63,727 bases of DNA, filler included, from Folioceros fuciformis (GCA_049999805.1; 16 parts of 16 records of this genome joined end to end with filler, not necessarily neighbours in it), one strand, 5' to 3'; positions 22,129 to 35,676 are shown, numbered from the whole stretch's first letter. Notes: generated from the letters alone by a model not told the origin. Program-made: numbers and translations.

Positions 22129-24868
22129 GAGTGCTTGGAGACATAGAGGAACGTAATCTCTCACCAGTTTGCATGAGAGTGTCGACAGGTTTGCAATGCT
22201 GCATCTGATATTTATCTAGCATGTCTACTACATATCTTTCTTGATGAAGACTGATGCTATTGGTGTTAATGATAACTTGTACACCGAGGATGAATTTGAG
22301 GACGCCATTGTCAGTCATCAGAAACTCCTTGCTGAGTTCACTTTTGATCAAGCTAAGAAAACTAAGATCGTTGCAACAAAGAACAAGGTCATCAACGTAG
22401 AGACCCAAGATAAGGTGAAAATTACCTTGTCTTCTTATGAAGACACTTGAATCTGCATGGGATTTGACGAAGCCCTTACTAAGCAAATGGAGTTGAAATC
22501 TTTCTTACCAGCCACGAGGTGACTGTTTTAAACCGTATAGGGTCTTGTGGAGTTTACATACTTTGTGGGCTTCCTCAGGTTTAACATAGCCCTCCGGTTG
22601 TTGTAAATAAATTTCCTCTCGAAGAACACCGTTCAGAAAAGCTGTTTGCACATCCATTTGATGTACATGCAAGTTGTGCATGGCAGATAAAGCAAGCATG
22701 ACCCGCAAGGAGGTAAGCTTGACCACTAGATTGAAGGTGCTTTCCTTTTGATAATCTAAGCCATCCTTTTGAGTAAAACCCCGTGCAACGAGTCTAGCTT
22801 TGTACTTGGAAAGACTTCCATCAACATTATACTTCCTCCTTAGTACCCATTTATTGGTCACAATGCTTCTGCCGGGAGGAGGGTCTACGAGGGTCCAAGT
22901 TTCATTAGCAATGAGAGAGTTGAACTCTCGATCCATGGAAGCTCGCCACTCAGTGCCTTCGTCACCATTAAGTGCTTCTCGTACGGCACGAGGGTCACTG
23001 ATGATAGAGACGGAATTAGCTAAAAGTCCTTTGAAGTACTCTAGGTCATCAAAACGTGTACCTGGTACTCCTTTATTTGTTCTTGTCGAACGTCGTAATC
23101 GTGGACCATGTAGCTCTGCAGGTGCAAGGGTTAGTAACACTTCTTCAGGAGCTTGTGCAGCTAAATCTGATCCTTCTAATCCTTCTCCCCCCAATAGCTG
23201 CAAAGGTCTGCCAGGAATTGGACGACGAGCCATCTGAGGAGAAGATAACACATGATAGGGCNNNNNNNNNNNNNNNNNNNNNNNNNNNNNNNNNNNNNNN
23301 NNNNNNNNNNNNNNNNNNNNNNNNNNNNNNNNNNNNNNNNNNNNNNNNNNNNNNNNNNNNNCGCCCAAGGTGGGGTGGACCCTATAGGTGGTGTCGTCGG
23401 AGGAGTAACGACAGCAAGTGTAGGGAGGGGTGGAATATGGGGTGCGGGAGGTACATAGGCAGCACCATCATGGAGAAACGTCTCCATAGAGGCCTGTGAA
23501 TCAGGGGCTGGATTATCTTGCGGAGCGGCGAAGTCTGTCAAGAGAGGCAGCTCATTAAAAATGACATTGCGGGCAAGAATGACCCGACGAGTCTGTCTGT
23601 TCAACAAGCGATAGCCTTTAACTCCATCAGATTCACCATAGCCAATGAAGGTCAGTGTGGTGGACCTGGGATCCAATTTCTTCTGTAATTCTGGTGGAAC
23701 ATGGGCATAGGCATCACAGCCAAAAATGCGAAAGTGGCTAACATTGGGCTTGCAGCCTGTCCATACTTCATACAGAGTCTTGCCATGAACAGTGGAAGTG
23801 CTGCAACGGTTTTGCACGTAACAGGCTGTAGTAGCAGCATCTGCCCATAGATAATTTGGAAGATGGGCTGTGGCCAAGGAGCTGTGGACAACATCCATAA
23901 AGGACCGATTTCGGCGCTCCGCCTTGCCCAACTGCTGATGTGCATAGGGCACTATCTTCTGATGTTGAATGCCATGAGCCAACAAGTGAGCTTCAAAGGC
24001 AAGGGAAGATAGTTCCTTAGCATTGTCTGACCGAAAAATCTTAATGCCCTGACCAGTCTGATTTTTAGTTAAAGCCTGAAAGGTTTTAAAATTGAAGAAT
24101 GCCTCTGACTTGTGAGTACGGAAGTAGAGGGTGGTAAAGTGACTGCAGTCATCGAGAATGACAAAGATGTATAATTTTTCTGCAAGGGAAGGAGTCTACA
24201 TGGGACCACATAAGTCGGCATGAACAACCTCAAGTACATTAGAGGTGTGTGAAGCGGACCTAGGATAGGGTTGGCTATGTTGCTTACCAGTAAGGCAACC
24301 AAGGTAGAAGGGCAAGTCAGACAGTGGATGTAAGGGTTAGAGCATTAGTTGTTGTGGCTAAGCTGGAAGTTGTGGACACAAAAGGTCTCCACGATGGGGG
24401 CAGGGAGCGAAGCAAGTACATTACTTGCGTATTTTTATCCACTGCCAAGCGTGATGAGAGGGCCTCATCGAGGGCTTGTTCCCATGTTGAAAGGAAATTA
24501 ATAGCAGATTCCCCTTCCTTGAGCTTTAAAGCAACAAGTTTATCGTGCTGTAAGAGTTGAGTTGTTAAACTCACCTCTTGAAAACAGCCAGAGAGCTTAT
24601 CCCAAATAGCCTTAGAGGTAGTTAACCGTTTAACTTTGGCAATGTGGCGATCTCCTAAATGGAGAACAATTTCTGTTTGAGCAGATTCATGAGAGGTGAT
24701 CCAAGCAGCTTCATTAGCATGACCGGCAGCAAGTTTCAAGGAAGTTCCAAATACTATGGGCCAAAGGCCTAGTTTTTGGAGTAGCATACGAAGTTTAAAA
24801 GACCAAGTATGCCAATTAGAATCAGACAGTTTTTCGATATTATAAGAATGAGAATTAGAAGTTGCCAT
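22129..24868 (-). mobile_element. Ty1/Copia gag-integrase-RT, internally deleted and degenerate
   Basis: gag (IEKLSDSNWHTWSFKLR), integrase (VHADLCGP, AERRNRS, FRIFGCDAYAHVP..KLDPRS) and RT (KYKARLVARGF, MDVQTAFLNG, LYVDDL). Confidence 0.95.
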
Positions 24869-25133
24869 GATTTGTAAGAAAGAACTTCTAATAAATAAAG
24901 AAAGAATTGTTATCTTAGGAAAGAAAGTACTGTAAATTTCGAGATTAGATATTAAAGAAACATCTAGAGAAAAAGAACTTGCTAAGAAATAAAGAACCGT
25001 ATTTTCTATTCTTTTTCTGTTTGAGAAGATTGANNNNNNNNNNNNNNNNNNNNNNNNNNNNNNNNNNNNNNNNNNNNTTAATTAATTAANNNNNNNNNNN
25101 NNNNNNNNNNNNNNNNNNNNNNNNNNNNNNNNN

Positions 25134-26830
25134 TGCAATGCTCAGAGAGATATTTCGTGTTAGTCTCTAAAAAGTGTATACAAAGTGTGTCTTAAATAGT
25201 GTCACTGGGTGTCTCTTCCGAAGAGGCACATCCGTTCGTAATTATTAAATACTATTAATTACAGTCTACGGTAACTAGCTGGTCAGCAGGGTTACGGGCA
25301 GATTATCCATTTCGTAACACTCCCTCTTAAGCTGAACGTAACCTGACCAGTCATGGAGGCTATCTCCCATGGAGCACGACACTCCTCTTTGATGCGCTCC
25401 CTCTAAAGGCTAATAAGAGCCCGTACATGCCGTCTTGAGGCACGGCACTGAAGAGGCACAAGTCAGGATTTGTGGTCCTAACAAGGTAGCATGACCCCCT
25501 TAAAGCAAGCATCTTAAGATCGCCTTGCTTCAGCAACTAAGTCATGGAGACCAGGTTCTTGCTCATCTGTGGGACTAGGAGCATAGGCTCCAAGGTAAGC
25601 ATCGAACCGTCCTCGAGGGGAAATTCGCAAGTGCCTTGTCCCATGATTGGCAGGCTGGATCTACTCTGTTCGTCACCAAGTAAAACCCTTTCTTTAAGAG
25701 GACGAGTTTCCAACTTGGTGAATAGAGTACGATCATTGCATATGTGGGCGGTGGGTCCATTGTCCAAATACCACCCCGCATCCTGATGCAACTAGGTGTT
25801 GAGGCAAGCCGTAAGTATCTTTACAGTTCTTGTCTCCACTGTGCTGGCGTTCCTCTTAATTGCAATACTGGCCACCTGTCACAAGTCAACCTTCTACGGC
25901 TCTCTGGCCTCTTTCTTGCAGCACTCTCGTGCCCAATGGCTGGCAGCTCCGCACCAATTGCAGCTTCCAGCTCGGCGAGGAGGGGCAGAGGTTGAGTCAC
26001 CTTTAGGGGTGAAGTTCGCCTTGCCCTTCGAATTCCTCCCGGGCTTGAATCGGGTGGAAAGTGCCCTGTCTGCCTCGGGCTTGGACCCTCCTGCAAAACA
26101 TAAGCGACTCTGCTCCTACTGATACAGAGAACCAATGATGTCCTCCACTATTAGAGTGGGGGTGGTGCCCGGCNNNNNNNNNNNNNNNNNNNNNNNNNNN
26201 NNNNNNNNNNNNNNNNNNNNNNNNNNNNNNNNNNNNNNNNNNNNNNNNNNNNNNNNNNNNNNNNNNNNNNNNNGGTGGTGCCCGGCTTACCCTGAGTTGA
26301 TACCAACATCAGGCTAGTAACAATATTCTGGTAAGACGGTGGTAAGCTCATTAGTAGCTGTGCAGCGGCATCGGTCTCCGACATGGTTCAGCCAAGGGAG
26401 GCGAGTTGCCCTCGCAGCTGTCTGAACTTCAAGGTGTGAGCAGAGATCGTATCTGTCGCCTTCAACCTTAAGGAGTTGAATTCCTGCCTTATACTATACA
26501 AGGTTAGAACATTGGTAACATTGTAGGTGTTAGACAACTGGTCCCAGATGGCAGATGCATCTGAGAGAAATTCAACACTAGGCACAAGACTTGAATCCAG
26601 GCCGCTGATCAAGAGTGCCACAACTATCCCATTCAAATAGTCCCATCTCTCAACGACGGCGACTAGCGGGGGTGGAGTGGCAGAAGGGTCGGGCTTTGGA
26701 AGGGTGCCGTCGACGATCTTCTAAACGCCTTGGCCAATAAGGATCGACTTCATCCGAATGCGCCACACAGGGTAGTGTTGGCCGTTGAATCGGTCTTTCT
26801 CTCTAATGTGGTCGGAGTTGGAAGACTACA
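25134..26830 (-). mobile_element. Copia-derived gag-protease-only element with PPT and start of 3' LTR
   Basis: gag (EKDRFNGQHYPVWRIRM; LLMSLPPSY) and protease WYLDNGPTAHICND. About 200 nt later comes the PPT AAGAGGGAG, followed by TGTTACG at 25319. Confidence 0.75.
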
Positions 26831-28139
26831 TGCGGAAGCGTGTCTTCAATACAAAAGATAAATTCAGAATGATAAAAAAATACAAACAGTTGTCTTTTTA
26901 TAGGTTTCACCCCAAATGGTGTGACCTTTTGTTAGCCTAGCTAGCTAACCTAACTCTTAGGTCGATAAGCTAAGATAACCTATGGTTAAATAACTCTAGT
27001 GGACTGGTACTCCTTCCAACTCTCCCTCTCAGTCACGTAGAGGTTATGAGAGCTCTACTAGAGATCAGTGCTTAGCAAGTTTGTACTCTAGAGCTATCTA
27101 CTTTAGCTCGGCTGTTAAATCTTCCAGTCGCTGACACTGTTAAGAAGTCTGTCGATGGCGACAACCTCTATAGTAGCGCACCGGTCATGACCAGAGCAGA
27201 AGTAATACTCTAGGTACAGCTGCCCTTGCACTAGATGGAGCAAGAAGGAATATCATTACCACGTCTTCAAATTCTCTTGAGTTACATAACCACTACAATC
27301 TACAAGACCAAGTCCTTCCCTATGAAAACAGTGTCGAAACTTAGGAAGTGACTTTGTCAGAACATCAGCTACATTAAGGTCTGTAGACACATATTGAATC
27401 TTCACTAAACCTCGCTCAGCAGCATCCCTCACATAATGATGNNNNNNNNNNNNNNNNNNNNNNNNNNNNNNNNNNNNNNNNNNNNTTAATTAATTAANNN
27501 NNNNNNNNNNNNNNNNNNNNNNNNNNNNNNNNNNNNNNNNNCCCCCGACCTGTCCAGACGATGCTCAACTCGGACAACGACCATCTTGTCTCCTCCGCGC
27601 TGCTCTTTCTCCCCCCTTCCTTGGATCCCTCTTGTCGAACATTTGCTCTCACCCGAGTACTGCCCCTTCGCTGCCACAGCGGCATCTTCCCGACGAAGAT
27701 CTCTTTGAAGTCCGGGTGGTGACACTGTGGTAACACGTCGGCTGCGACCAATGACACGGCCGCATGCCGTCCCGTTGGTCCCACATCAGTAGCCATCCCG
27801 CAAACGACAAGACTCGGGGCCATCCCGCTGCCTGCTCCCGCACGGATGGACCAGGAGACCCAAGGAAGGAAGAAGTCTGGCGTTTGCCTCTCTCTCGTCA
27901 TCACAGGCTGCGCCATGGCCGTGACAAGCCACGGCCGGCGAGTGTGACGCCCAGACTGTGGCGACGTGGTCTTTCTTCCCTGCTTCCAACCAACTTTTAG
28001 AAGCCTTGACTTGTGCAACAAGCCGGCAAGGAAGCTTTGAGAAGTGTGCGAAATCCTCTCCTTCCCTTCCTTCCTCCTGTGCGTGCTCAGAGAGGCTCTG
28101 CGTTTTCAGGGACGGTTTGTCTTTGTGTTTCCGACCTTG

Positions 28140-28480
28140 TCAGCTGCATCCGCTTGCGTTTCCTTCTTCTTCTCCTTGCATCCGCTTATGTTTCCTACTT
28201 CTTCTCCTAGGATTCGCTTGTGTTTCCTGTTTTTTCTTCTCCTTGCATTTGCTTGTGTTCCCTCCTGCTTCTCTTTGCATCCGCTTGTGTTCGCTTCTTC
28301 GTCTCCTTGCATCCGCTTGTGTTCCCTTCTCCTTCACCTTGCACCAGCTTGTGTTCCCTTCTCTTCTCCTTGCGTCCGGTTGTATTGGTTTCTCTCTTTG
28401 CACCCGATTGTGTTCTCTTCTTCTTCTCCTTACACCCCGGATTGCTCTTCTTCTCTCTCTGCACCCGATTGTCTGCATCC
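28140..28480 (+). repeat. Degenerate ~30-bp pyrimidine-rich minisatellite, ~11 units
   Basis: Recurring TGCATCCGCTTGTGTT(C/T)n CTTCTCCT. Confidence 0.85.
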
Positions 28481-28630
28481 TGTGCAGCCGACCGTGTAGC
28501 GGCTCCTGAACAAGGAAGCTAGAACCTTTGTGCTTCACATCGACATCGTGCGTTGCAAGAAGAAAGAGGAGGCTGTGAAGCGATTCCTCCGAGGGGAGGC
28601 ATGGGGTGACTGATGGAAGGAGGTAGGAAG

Positions 28631-29373
28631 ATGGCGTGCACATGGCGGCCCCTGATTTTCCATCTCTGGGTCGTGATTCTGCTCCTGGNNNNNNNNNNNN
28701 NNNNNNNNNNNNNNNNNNNNNNNNNNNNNNNNNNNNNNNNNNNNNNNNNNNNNNNNNNNNNNNNNNNNNNNNNNNNNNNNNNNNNNNNGTGCAGGGCGTG
28801 GGGAGGGTGACCGAGCTTCGGCTCTTCGCCATGGGGCTGCAGGGAACGCTGGCACCCGAGGTCGGTAACCTGCAAAGCCTGGTGACGCTGAACGTGATGT
28901 GGAACAACATCTCGGGGAGCCTGCCTTCGTCCATCGGCAACCTGCAGTACCTGCAACTGCTGCTGGTGAGCGGGAACCGGATGACGGGCCGGCTGCCCCC
29001 GGAGCTGGGCCAGCTCAAGATGCTGGATAGGCTGCAGGTGGACGAGAACAACTTCACAGGCCCCATCCCGAACACCTTCACCCAGCTCCCCCGCGTGAAG
29101 CACCTCCATCTCAACAACAACTCGCTCTCAGGCTCCATCCCGGCGAATTTGGGCTTCCTCCCGCAAGTGCTCCACCTCCTGTTGGACAACAATCAGCTCA
29201 CGGGCGTCATACCCCCTGACCTGGCCAACAGCTCCACCCTCCACATCCTGCAGCTGGACAACAACCCCCTGGACGCCCAGCCCATCCCGGCCTCCTTCTT
29301 GGAACAGGGGAGACTCACCGCGCTCCTCAAGCTCAGCATGCGGCATTGCAATTTGATTGGAGTGCTGCCCCAG
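28631..29373 (+). CDS. LRR receptor-like kinase ectodomain (LRR-VIII-1/At1g06840-like), partial
   Basis: Signal-like MACTWRPLIFHLWVVILLL from ATG 28631, then an N gap. Plant LRRs follow with subfamily-typical MWNNISG, LDRLQVDEN, KHLHLNNNSLSG, HLLLDNN, ILQLDNN and LLKLSMRHC. Cut by the scaffold end. Confidence 0.85.
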
Positions 29374-30706
29374 NNNNNNNNNNNNNNNNNNNNNNNNNNN
29401 NNNNNNNNNNNNNNNNNTTAATTAATTAANNNNNNNNNNNNNNNNNNNNNNNNNNNNNNNNNNNNNNNNNNNNTAATTTTATTATATATATAATATTTAA
29501 AATAGCATGGATAATATAGATATGTAACTTATCCAATCACAATGCCATAAAAAAGCTTGGCGTATCCATATTAAAGATAAAATCATTAGAAATTATTGGA
29601 AACACTTTGTGTTATGGCAAGAGAGAGCAAGTGGTAGTGCGTCGGATATAGACTTGAATCAACTTAGTTTTAGACATGGAATGTTGACAATGATGATGAG
29701 TAACAGTAAGTCAACTAAGCAACACGTGAAGATTTGTTCAATAAAGATTACATAGAAATAGAAATGCTTCTTTGTTAAATAAGGGATTTGGGACTTGAAA
29801 CAACACGATTGACCCCTACTATGTCTTCACAAGAATTTGTTGATTAAGAAGTGACAAATGCATGTGCTATCTTTTCTATTCCAGATGCAAATGATACATG
29901 GGCTTCTATTCAACCTCCACCTGAAAATAAAGTTGTCGATGTTGAAAATTCTTCTACAGAATATTATCAAGAAAGGCCTATTTTAGGTTGAGCTCAAGTG
30001 GAAGATGCACTTGGGACTTAGGGTGATACTTATATTTTTGGAGCAACAACCAAATGACACTATATCTACAATTACGAATNNNNNNNNNNNNNNNNNNNNN
30101 NNNNNNNNNNNNNNNNNNNNNNNNNNNNNNNNNNNNNNNNNNNNNNNNNNNNNNNNNNNNNNNNNNNNNNNNNNNNNNNTTATAATATTTATTATATATA
30201 ATATATATTATAATTTAAATAAATTTAAATATTTTATTTTTGATAAATACTTGAATTCTCTAATTGTTACACCTCCCTAAATGTTACCCAATGCCCTACT
30301 CCTAACAGGTAACATTTAGGGAGGGTGGAATGTACATCTTGGAGACATGTGCCAGTTTGATCATCATTGTTATTGAAACACAAGTTCGAGTCGTTTGCGG
30401 GCCATTATCCATCGCCGACATCGATGCTAGAATCCTGGAGTGAGGGCAGTGTTGTGTTTGCCTTTTATTAGGTCTCATCGGGATCCAGTGGTTACGAATC
30501 CGCCCCCGCGCCTGGAGGTACCTGACTTGGCTTGGCACACACATCAATAACGATCTCTTGAAAGGAACTCCATTCTGAAAGTAGTGCCTCCGATCTGTGG
30601 GTTGAAAGGTAAGTGCAGGTGTGTCAAAACCCGGTTTTGACAAAATTGCCTCTTGACGACATATACTGTATGTGACATAGCTGCACTTCAGGTGCAGTTG
30701 TCAAAA

Positions 30707-32100
30707 TGTGGAGTTAAATGTTATGTCCGAGGATACTAAACCCTTTATGTCGTTGTAGCTATGGGATTCGATTTGTGCCAAGTAACCCTCTATGTCGTTG
30801 TAGCCATGGGATTTGATTTGTGCCAAGTAACCCTCTATGTCATTGTAGCCATGGGATTCGCTCCCAAGGGAATTGATTTGTGCCAAGTAACATAGATTTC
30901 TTCTACTACCGACTCTTCCCTAGGTCGGACCTTATCCACTATTGCCCTACTACCTACTTGCTCAATTACCACCTACCCGCTCAACTACCACTACCCCTAG
31001 TTAGCCTATCTACTGCGGATCCTACTCTATGACTCTGGTCCCGAACATTGGTCCCGCGACGGTGGTGGTCTCTACTACCGTGGTGGATCCTACCCAAAAC
31101 CCTAACTAATATTTTCCCGGCGCATTTGCTGTCGCGGGTTTCTGCCTAGAGGCTTCCAAACTCACAGATCTGGTCTTATTGGATGTTCCACACACATGCA
31201 AATGCTAATCCTTGGGGAACAAGACCCTACGGATCAGCCACACTCCCCCACACACAAATGCAACACTCTCCACACATGAAAACACACACCAGACCTCTGG
31301 TGTACACTTATTCCTCATAGGCCCCCTCCAAGTGTCTTCAATCACCCAGCCATGTCCACAAATCTCCCATGATTTCTCAGCAATCCTTCACAATACCTCA
31401 CAAGCTTCAGCAATCTTCCACAACCTTCCAGCCAACTCCCAACAGTTTTCTTTAGTCTTCAGCAATCGTAACAAGCTTCCAGGGTCCTTCTCAGTCTCTC
31501 AACTCACTCAGTCCTTCTCTTCTTCTTCTTCTTCTTCTCACACACTCACTTCAACACCAGATCCAAAACGCAGCCAATGGGTTAGGGAATAAGGGAAAGA
31601 GAAGTTCTCCTTCCACTCCGCGCAACGCGGATTCGTCCCCCTCTCTTCAACTACTGACCACAGTTAGTCTTCTCTTCACACACTCACTCTTCACTTGCTT
31701 CCTCACACTCACTTCAACGCCTTGTCTCCTCACACACTCTCTTCAGCACCTCGTCTTCTCACACACTCTCTTCAGCACCAGATTTGAAACGCAGCCAATG
31801 GGTCAAAGAATGAGGGAAGGAGAAGCTCCCCTTCCACTCCGCGCAGTTGGCGGATTCGTCTCCCTCACCTTCAACTGCGGACCACAGTCAGCCGCTTAAG
31901 GAATAAGGGAAAGAGAAGTTCTCCTTCCACCCACGCATTAGGCGGATTCGTCCCCCACACCACTCGCCATAGAACACAACTAGCGATTCAGGGAATAAGG
32001 GAAGGTGACCTTCCACTCAACAGGGAATTTGTTGATTTCGTCCCCCTCACCTTCAGCTGTGGAGCAAAAGCTCTTGACCGCCCCTTGGAGTGTTGCGCAC
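30707..32100 (-). mobile_element. LTR family A, diverged inverted copy (upper boundary approximate)
   Basis: Reverse-complement similarity to 1-1437 (GGATTCGTCCCC and GGGAATAAGGGAA subrepeats; CTCACAGATCTGG). Terminus TGTGGAGTTAAA at 30707. Contains a local ~42-bp triplication at ~30740-30890. Confidence 0.7.
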
Positions 32101-32363
32101 ACACTGCCCACCCAGACATCTGCAATCCAACTATGGACAACCCAGGGACCTCATTTGGGAAGAGTGTCCAACATTTGTTGATTAAAGAGGCATCAACAAG
32201 CCTCTTTGTACACACGCCAGGCGGGATCATAGCCGCCATTAAGTCTAGTCTCAAGCAATCAAGCGCTCATAATTACGAGCAACATCAAGTCCAAGAAAGC
32301 ATCTTCACCAGATCTTAACTAAATATTATTCTAAGATGCAATGAATTCTAGCCTATCCTATCA

Positions 32364-33170
32364 TCACGCTTGCCTCCTATCCGGCCTTTGGGTACCCCTT
32401 GCCCGGCCGCCAAATCCCCAAGCTCTCCTTCCTCTTCGCTGGTTAGGCAGATCCTCCCATAAAACCTCTACCTCACTCTCACTGCTGCCTGACTTCTCTT
32501 GTTGGGGCGTGGGTGGGGTCCGCCAAGGGGTCCTTCCCCCACCTTCCGATCGCCTGTTGCTAAGGACCATCATGGGTTCTTGCTCCACCCATACCTGCGC
32601 TTCTTCCTTCGAGAGTTCCTCCAAGACTGCCTCCGAATGACAAGGAGGCAGTCCCCATACCCGGAAGCAGTGGGAGAAGCATCCCCCACGAGTCCTTAGT
32701 TGCATGTAGTAAGTCCTTATCCCTTCTATTTCCACCCGCACATGGACAGTCAAGTTAAGTATACGGTCCCCATTCACATAGAGGCTAGGAACATAAGATT
32801 TCTCATCCAGATGCTATAATACAAGCTGCCTCCTGCGGCAGATGAGGTGCTTACCCCCTCCTCCCGTGGGTTACCCTGAACTTTCTGTCTTCTGCTCTCC
32901 AAGGGTACTGGGGAATCCTCTGCTCCTCTGGCTGCCGCTGTTCCCAGCCCCGTCCTCCTAGTGTGGATTGCCATCCCAACTCTCCCGGTTGGGGGTTCCA
33001 CAACTGTTATTGCTTCCTCTACCCTGGTGGGGCTATCCTCTACCAACATGGTCTCCCTCTAACCGGTCCTAGCGCGGGTTGCCATCCCAACTCTCCCGCT
33101 TGGGGGTCCTTATATAGGCTTCCTAGAACTTGTTCAAGTACCGAGGGTCAAGGGACAAGTAGCACTCCCT
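32364..33170 (-). mobile_element. Accessory ORF remnant adjoining LTR A
   Basis: EDSPVPLESRRQKVQGNPREEGVST is homologous to EDSQVPRESRGQAARGSPREEGVST at ~63340-63415. Confidence 0.55.
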
Positions 33171-34320
33171 GACTTGGTCCACAAACCAATTATTGGTCTC
33201 AACCCTACTCCTACCTCAAAACTTGGAGACCCAAGGAGGTCTTGAGTATAAATACCCGGCCTATTCCCAAAGCCGCTTTGGCACCCATCTTACCAAAAAT
33301 AAAAAAAACACCATGTCTCACACTTGGGCAGGGGATTTCTAAACATTTTTTCCAAACACAACACTTGTTGAAGACATCACGAATCCCTTGCTCCTTTACC
33401 ACTTGCATCTTGGGAATCTTGGGAATCCCCATGGCGCCACTGCCCTGGGTCGGACACTGTGCCGGCGTTGGTGTAGTTACCTTTAATCTGCTTTTTTTCC
33501 CGTCGTTCCGTGTTTGCGTTTGGTGATTCTGATCTGTGGGGATCGTGGGGGCCTGACTATTGCCTCTGGAGTGAATGGTGGGCAGTTTATGAGTTTGTTT
33601 CGGGCCAGTGACAGTGAGATAAGACAAGTATACAGTTTGTCGATTCCTTGTCTTTGGCTTGAGCTTTGGTGTCCTTTCTGGATAATGGCGTCGCTTTTCG
33701 GTGTGCTCGATCTCCACCGACCGTCAGGGAGAGAGCAGGAAAGCGAAGCACGAGGCAGAAAGGGAGAAAAGGAATTTTCTGCGAGAGGTATAGGCAACGC
33801 ACCACTCCCATGCCCCCAGCGGTGCTTCTGTGAACCAACGTGCCAGGAATTCGTACTGTACGTGGTCTACCGTATTCCCTAGACTCCAGCCATGACGGGA
33901 CAAGCCCGCGTCAAGCCAAAGACCTGATCAGATCACCAACGAAGTTCTGCTGTCAGCAATGGCAGGTGAGTGGATGCCCTCTTCAAGACCCCGACGAAGA
34001 AAGCACCTGGGCACTACGACTGATAAAGTAATCTAGCCTGACATGGAGAGAAGGAAAAGGTGGTCTCGACTATCTAGACTGCCAAAAGTGAAGCTTAATG
34101 CGCGGAGGAACATCCGCAATTCCGCTAGTAGCCGCAGCTCACCTCGTGAGCATGCACCTTGAGGGCTGGGTGTGGGAGACAACTGGCAGGCACACGGCAT
34201 TCCATGGGTACATGGGACTGACATTCTGTACAAAACGGCACAGAATGCTTGGGTAATAGGAAGATGTGTCTGACATTCTGTGCAAAGCAGCACAGAATGC
34301 TTCCACGGGCACAGAGGTCC

Positions 34321-34463
34321 TGTTAGAAACCCTAAGCCTAGTCCCTGCTAGACGCACCTAAGGTTTTTGCAACACGTCCAGACCAGATTAGAACATAGAG
34401 ATTTTAGACATTGAACAAAGATACGTAGAAAATTATGTAACACGTTGCCTAACACTCCCTCAC
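34321..34463 (-). mobile_element. Short 134-bp LTR (TGTTAG...CTAACA) with adjacent PPT
   Basis: 6-bp terminal inverted repeats at 34321 and 34449-34454. Minus-strand GTGAGGGAG lies immediately before the TG. Confidence 0.55.
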
Positions 34464-35676
34464 GTGCACGTTGGCAGAGTGCGTACCTCAGTTTTGTGCA
34501 GTCCGTTCTTCAACGTTTCCCAGAGACAGTACCCCAGTTTTGTCCGGTGGAGGGATTGGGATTCCTGCTCTAAAACTGCAGCCATGGAGATGTACGATCA
34601 CCTAGCCACTGGGTGCCGCTGCCCCCGCCACATCACCACTTGTCGATATCTGCGTTCTCAAGAAGGGGAGGGCGCTTGCTGCTCAGGCTGAGAAAAGTGG
34701 GCCGGATTTTTTTCTCCCCCGTAGTTCTTGGGGGAGAGGAAACCCGCAGCAAAGACTAATGAGCATTGCAGTGTAGCTCCGTGAAGAAATGCATCGAAAC
34801 CCTGAAACGCGGAGAAAGCGTTTCCACCACCTCCACAAGTGTCACTAAGCTCGTCCCTGGTTCACCACAGCATGGACACGGACTACGAAATTTGATCAAA
34901 CCAAGCTAGCTCTGCTTCACCAGCTTCACAGGAGCACACTATGGAGACCAAGGAATCGTTGCAGGAAGATGGAAACAGAGAGGGAGACAAACTTATCCAA
35001 GGCGACGAGCAGAGACGAGACTTGGAATTGGACAGGATCTCGGTTGACTGGTGGCTGTGGCTGCAGTGACGAAGTCGCCATGGTAATTCACGAGGAGGGT
35101 AGAGCCTGATCCTCTTCCAACAATTTCTGAGCCAGGGGCGAGAACGCCTTCCCCGCACCTCCACCCCCCTGCTCTTCCTTATCCTTATCCTAATCCTGGA
35201 TCCCCTCCCTTGATCTATATCGCAACAAAGCCTGGCCCCCGACCTGTCCANNNNNNNNNNNNNNNNNNNNNNNNNNNNNNNNNNNNNNNNNNNNTTAATT
35301 AATTAANNNNNNNNNNNNNNNNNNNNNNNNNNNNNNNNNNNNNNNNNNNNAGTCAGTGTGAAGCAAAACAAGGAGGACAGGAGCGCGAGGAATCTAGAAT
35401 GCCATTGGTTTGGATGAAAATCACCAACTTGAAGATGTCCGCGGTGCCTGAAGAAGAGGCCTGGATCTCCCCATGTACCAAGAAGCAGCAGGGCGAGAGG
35501 TGGGTCGAAGGCCCCAGGCTAGGGCCCCGGGAGAAGTGCACCTGAGCAGAATGTCTACAGCCCCAAGAGCATTGATTGAGAAGTGGGGATGTAGATACGT
35601 AGCAGATGCACAGAGACGGCCCCCATAAGCTCCGGATCCTTCGTCTTTCAGCCTGATGGATGGGCAGACGAGGAGA

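Noticed and set aside
30685-30706. Possible degenerate PBS after the LTR A end (TTTTGACAACTG)
   Set aside because: It lacks the TGG start and no gag follows, so it is too weak to call.
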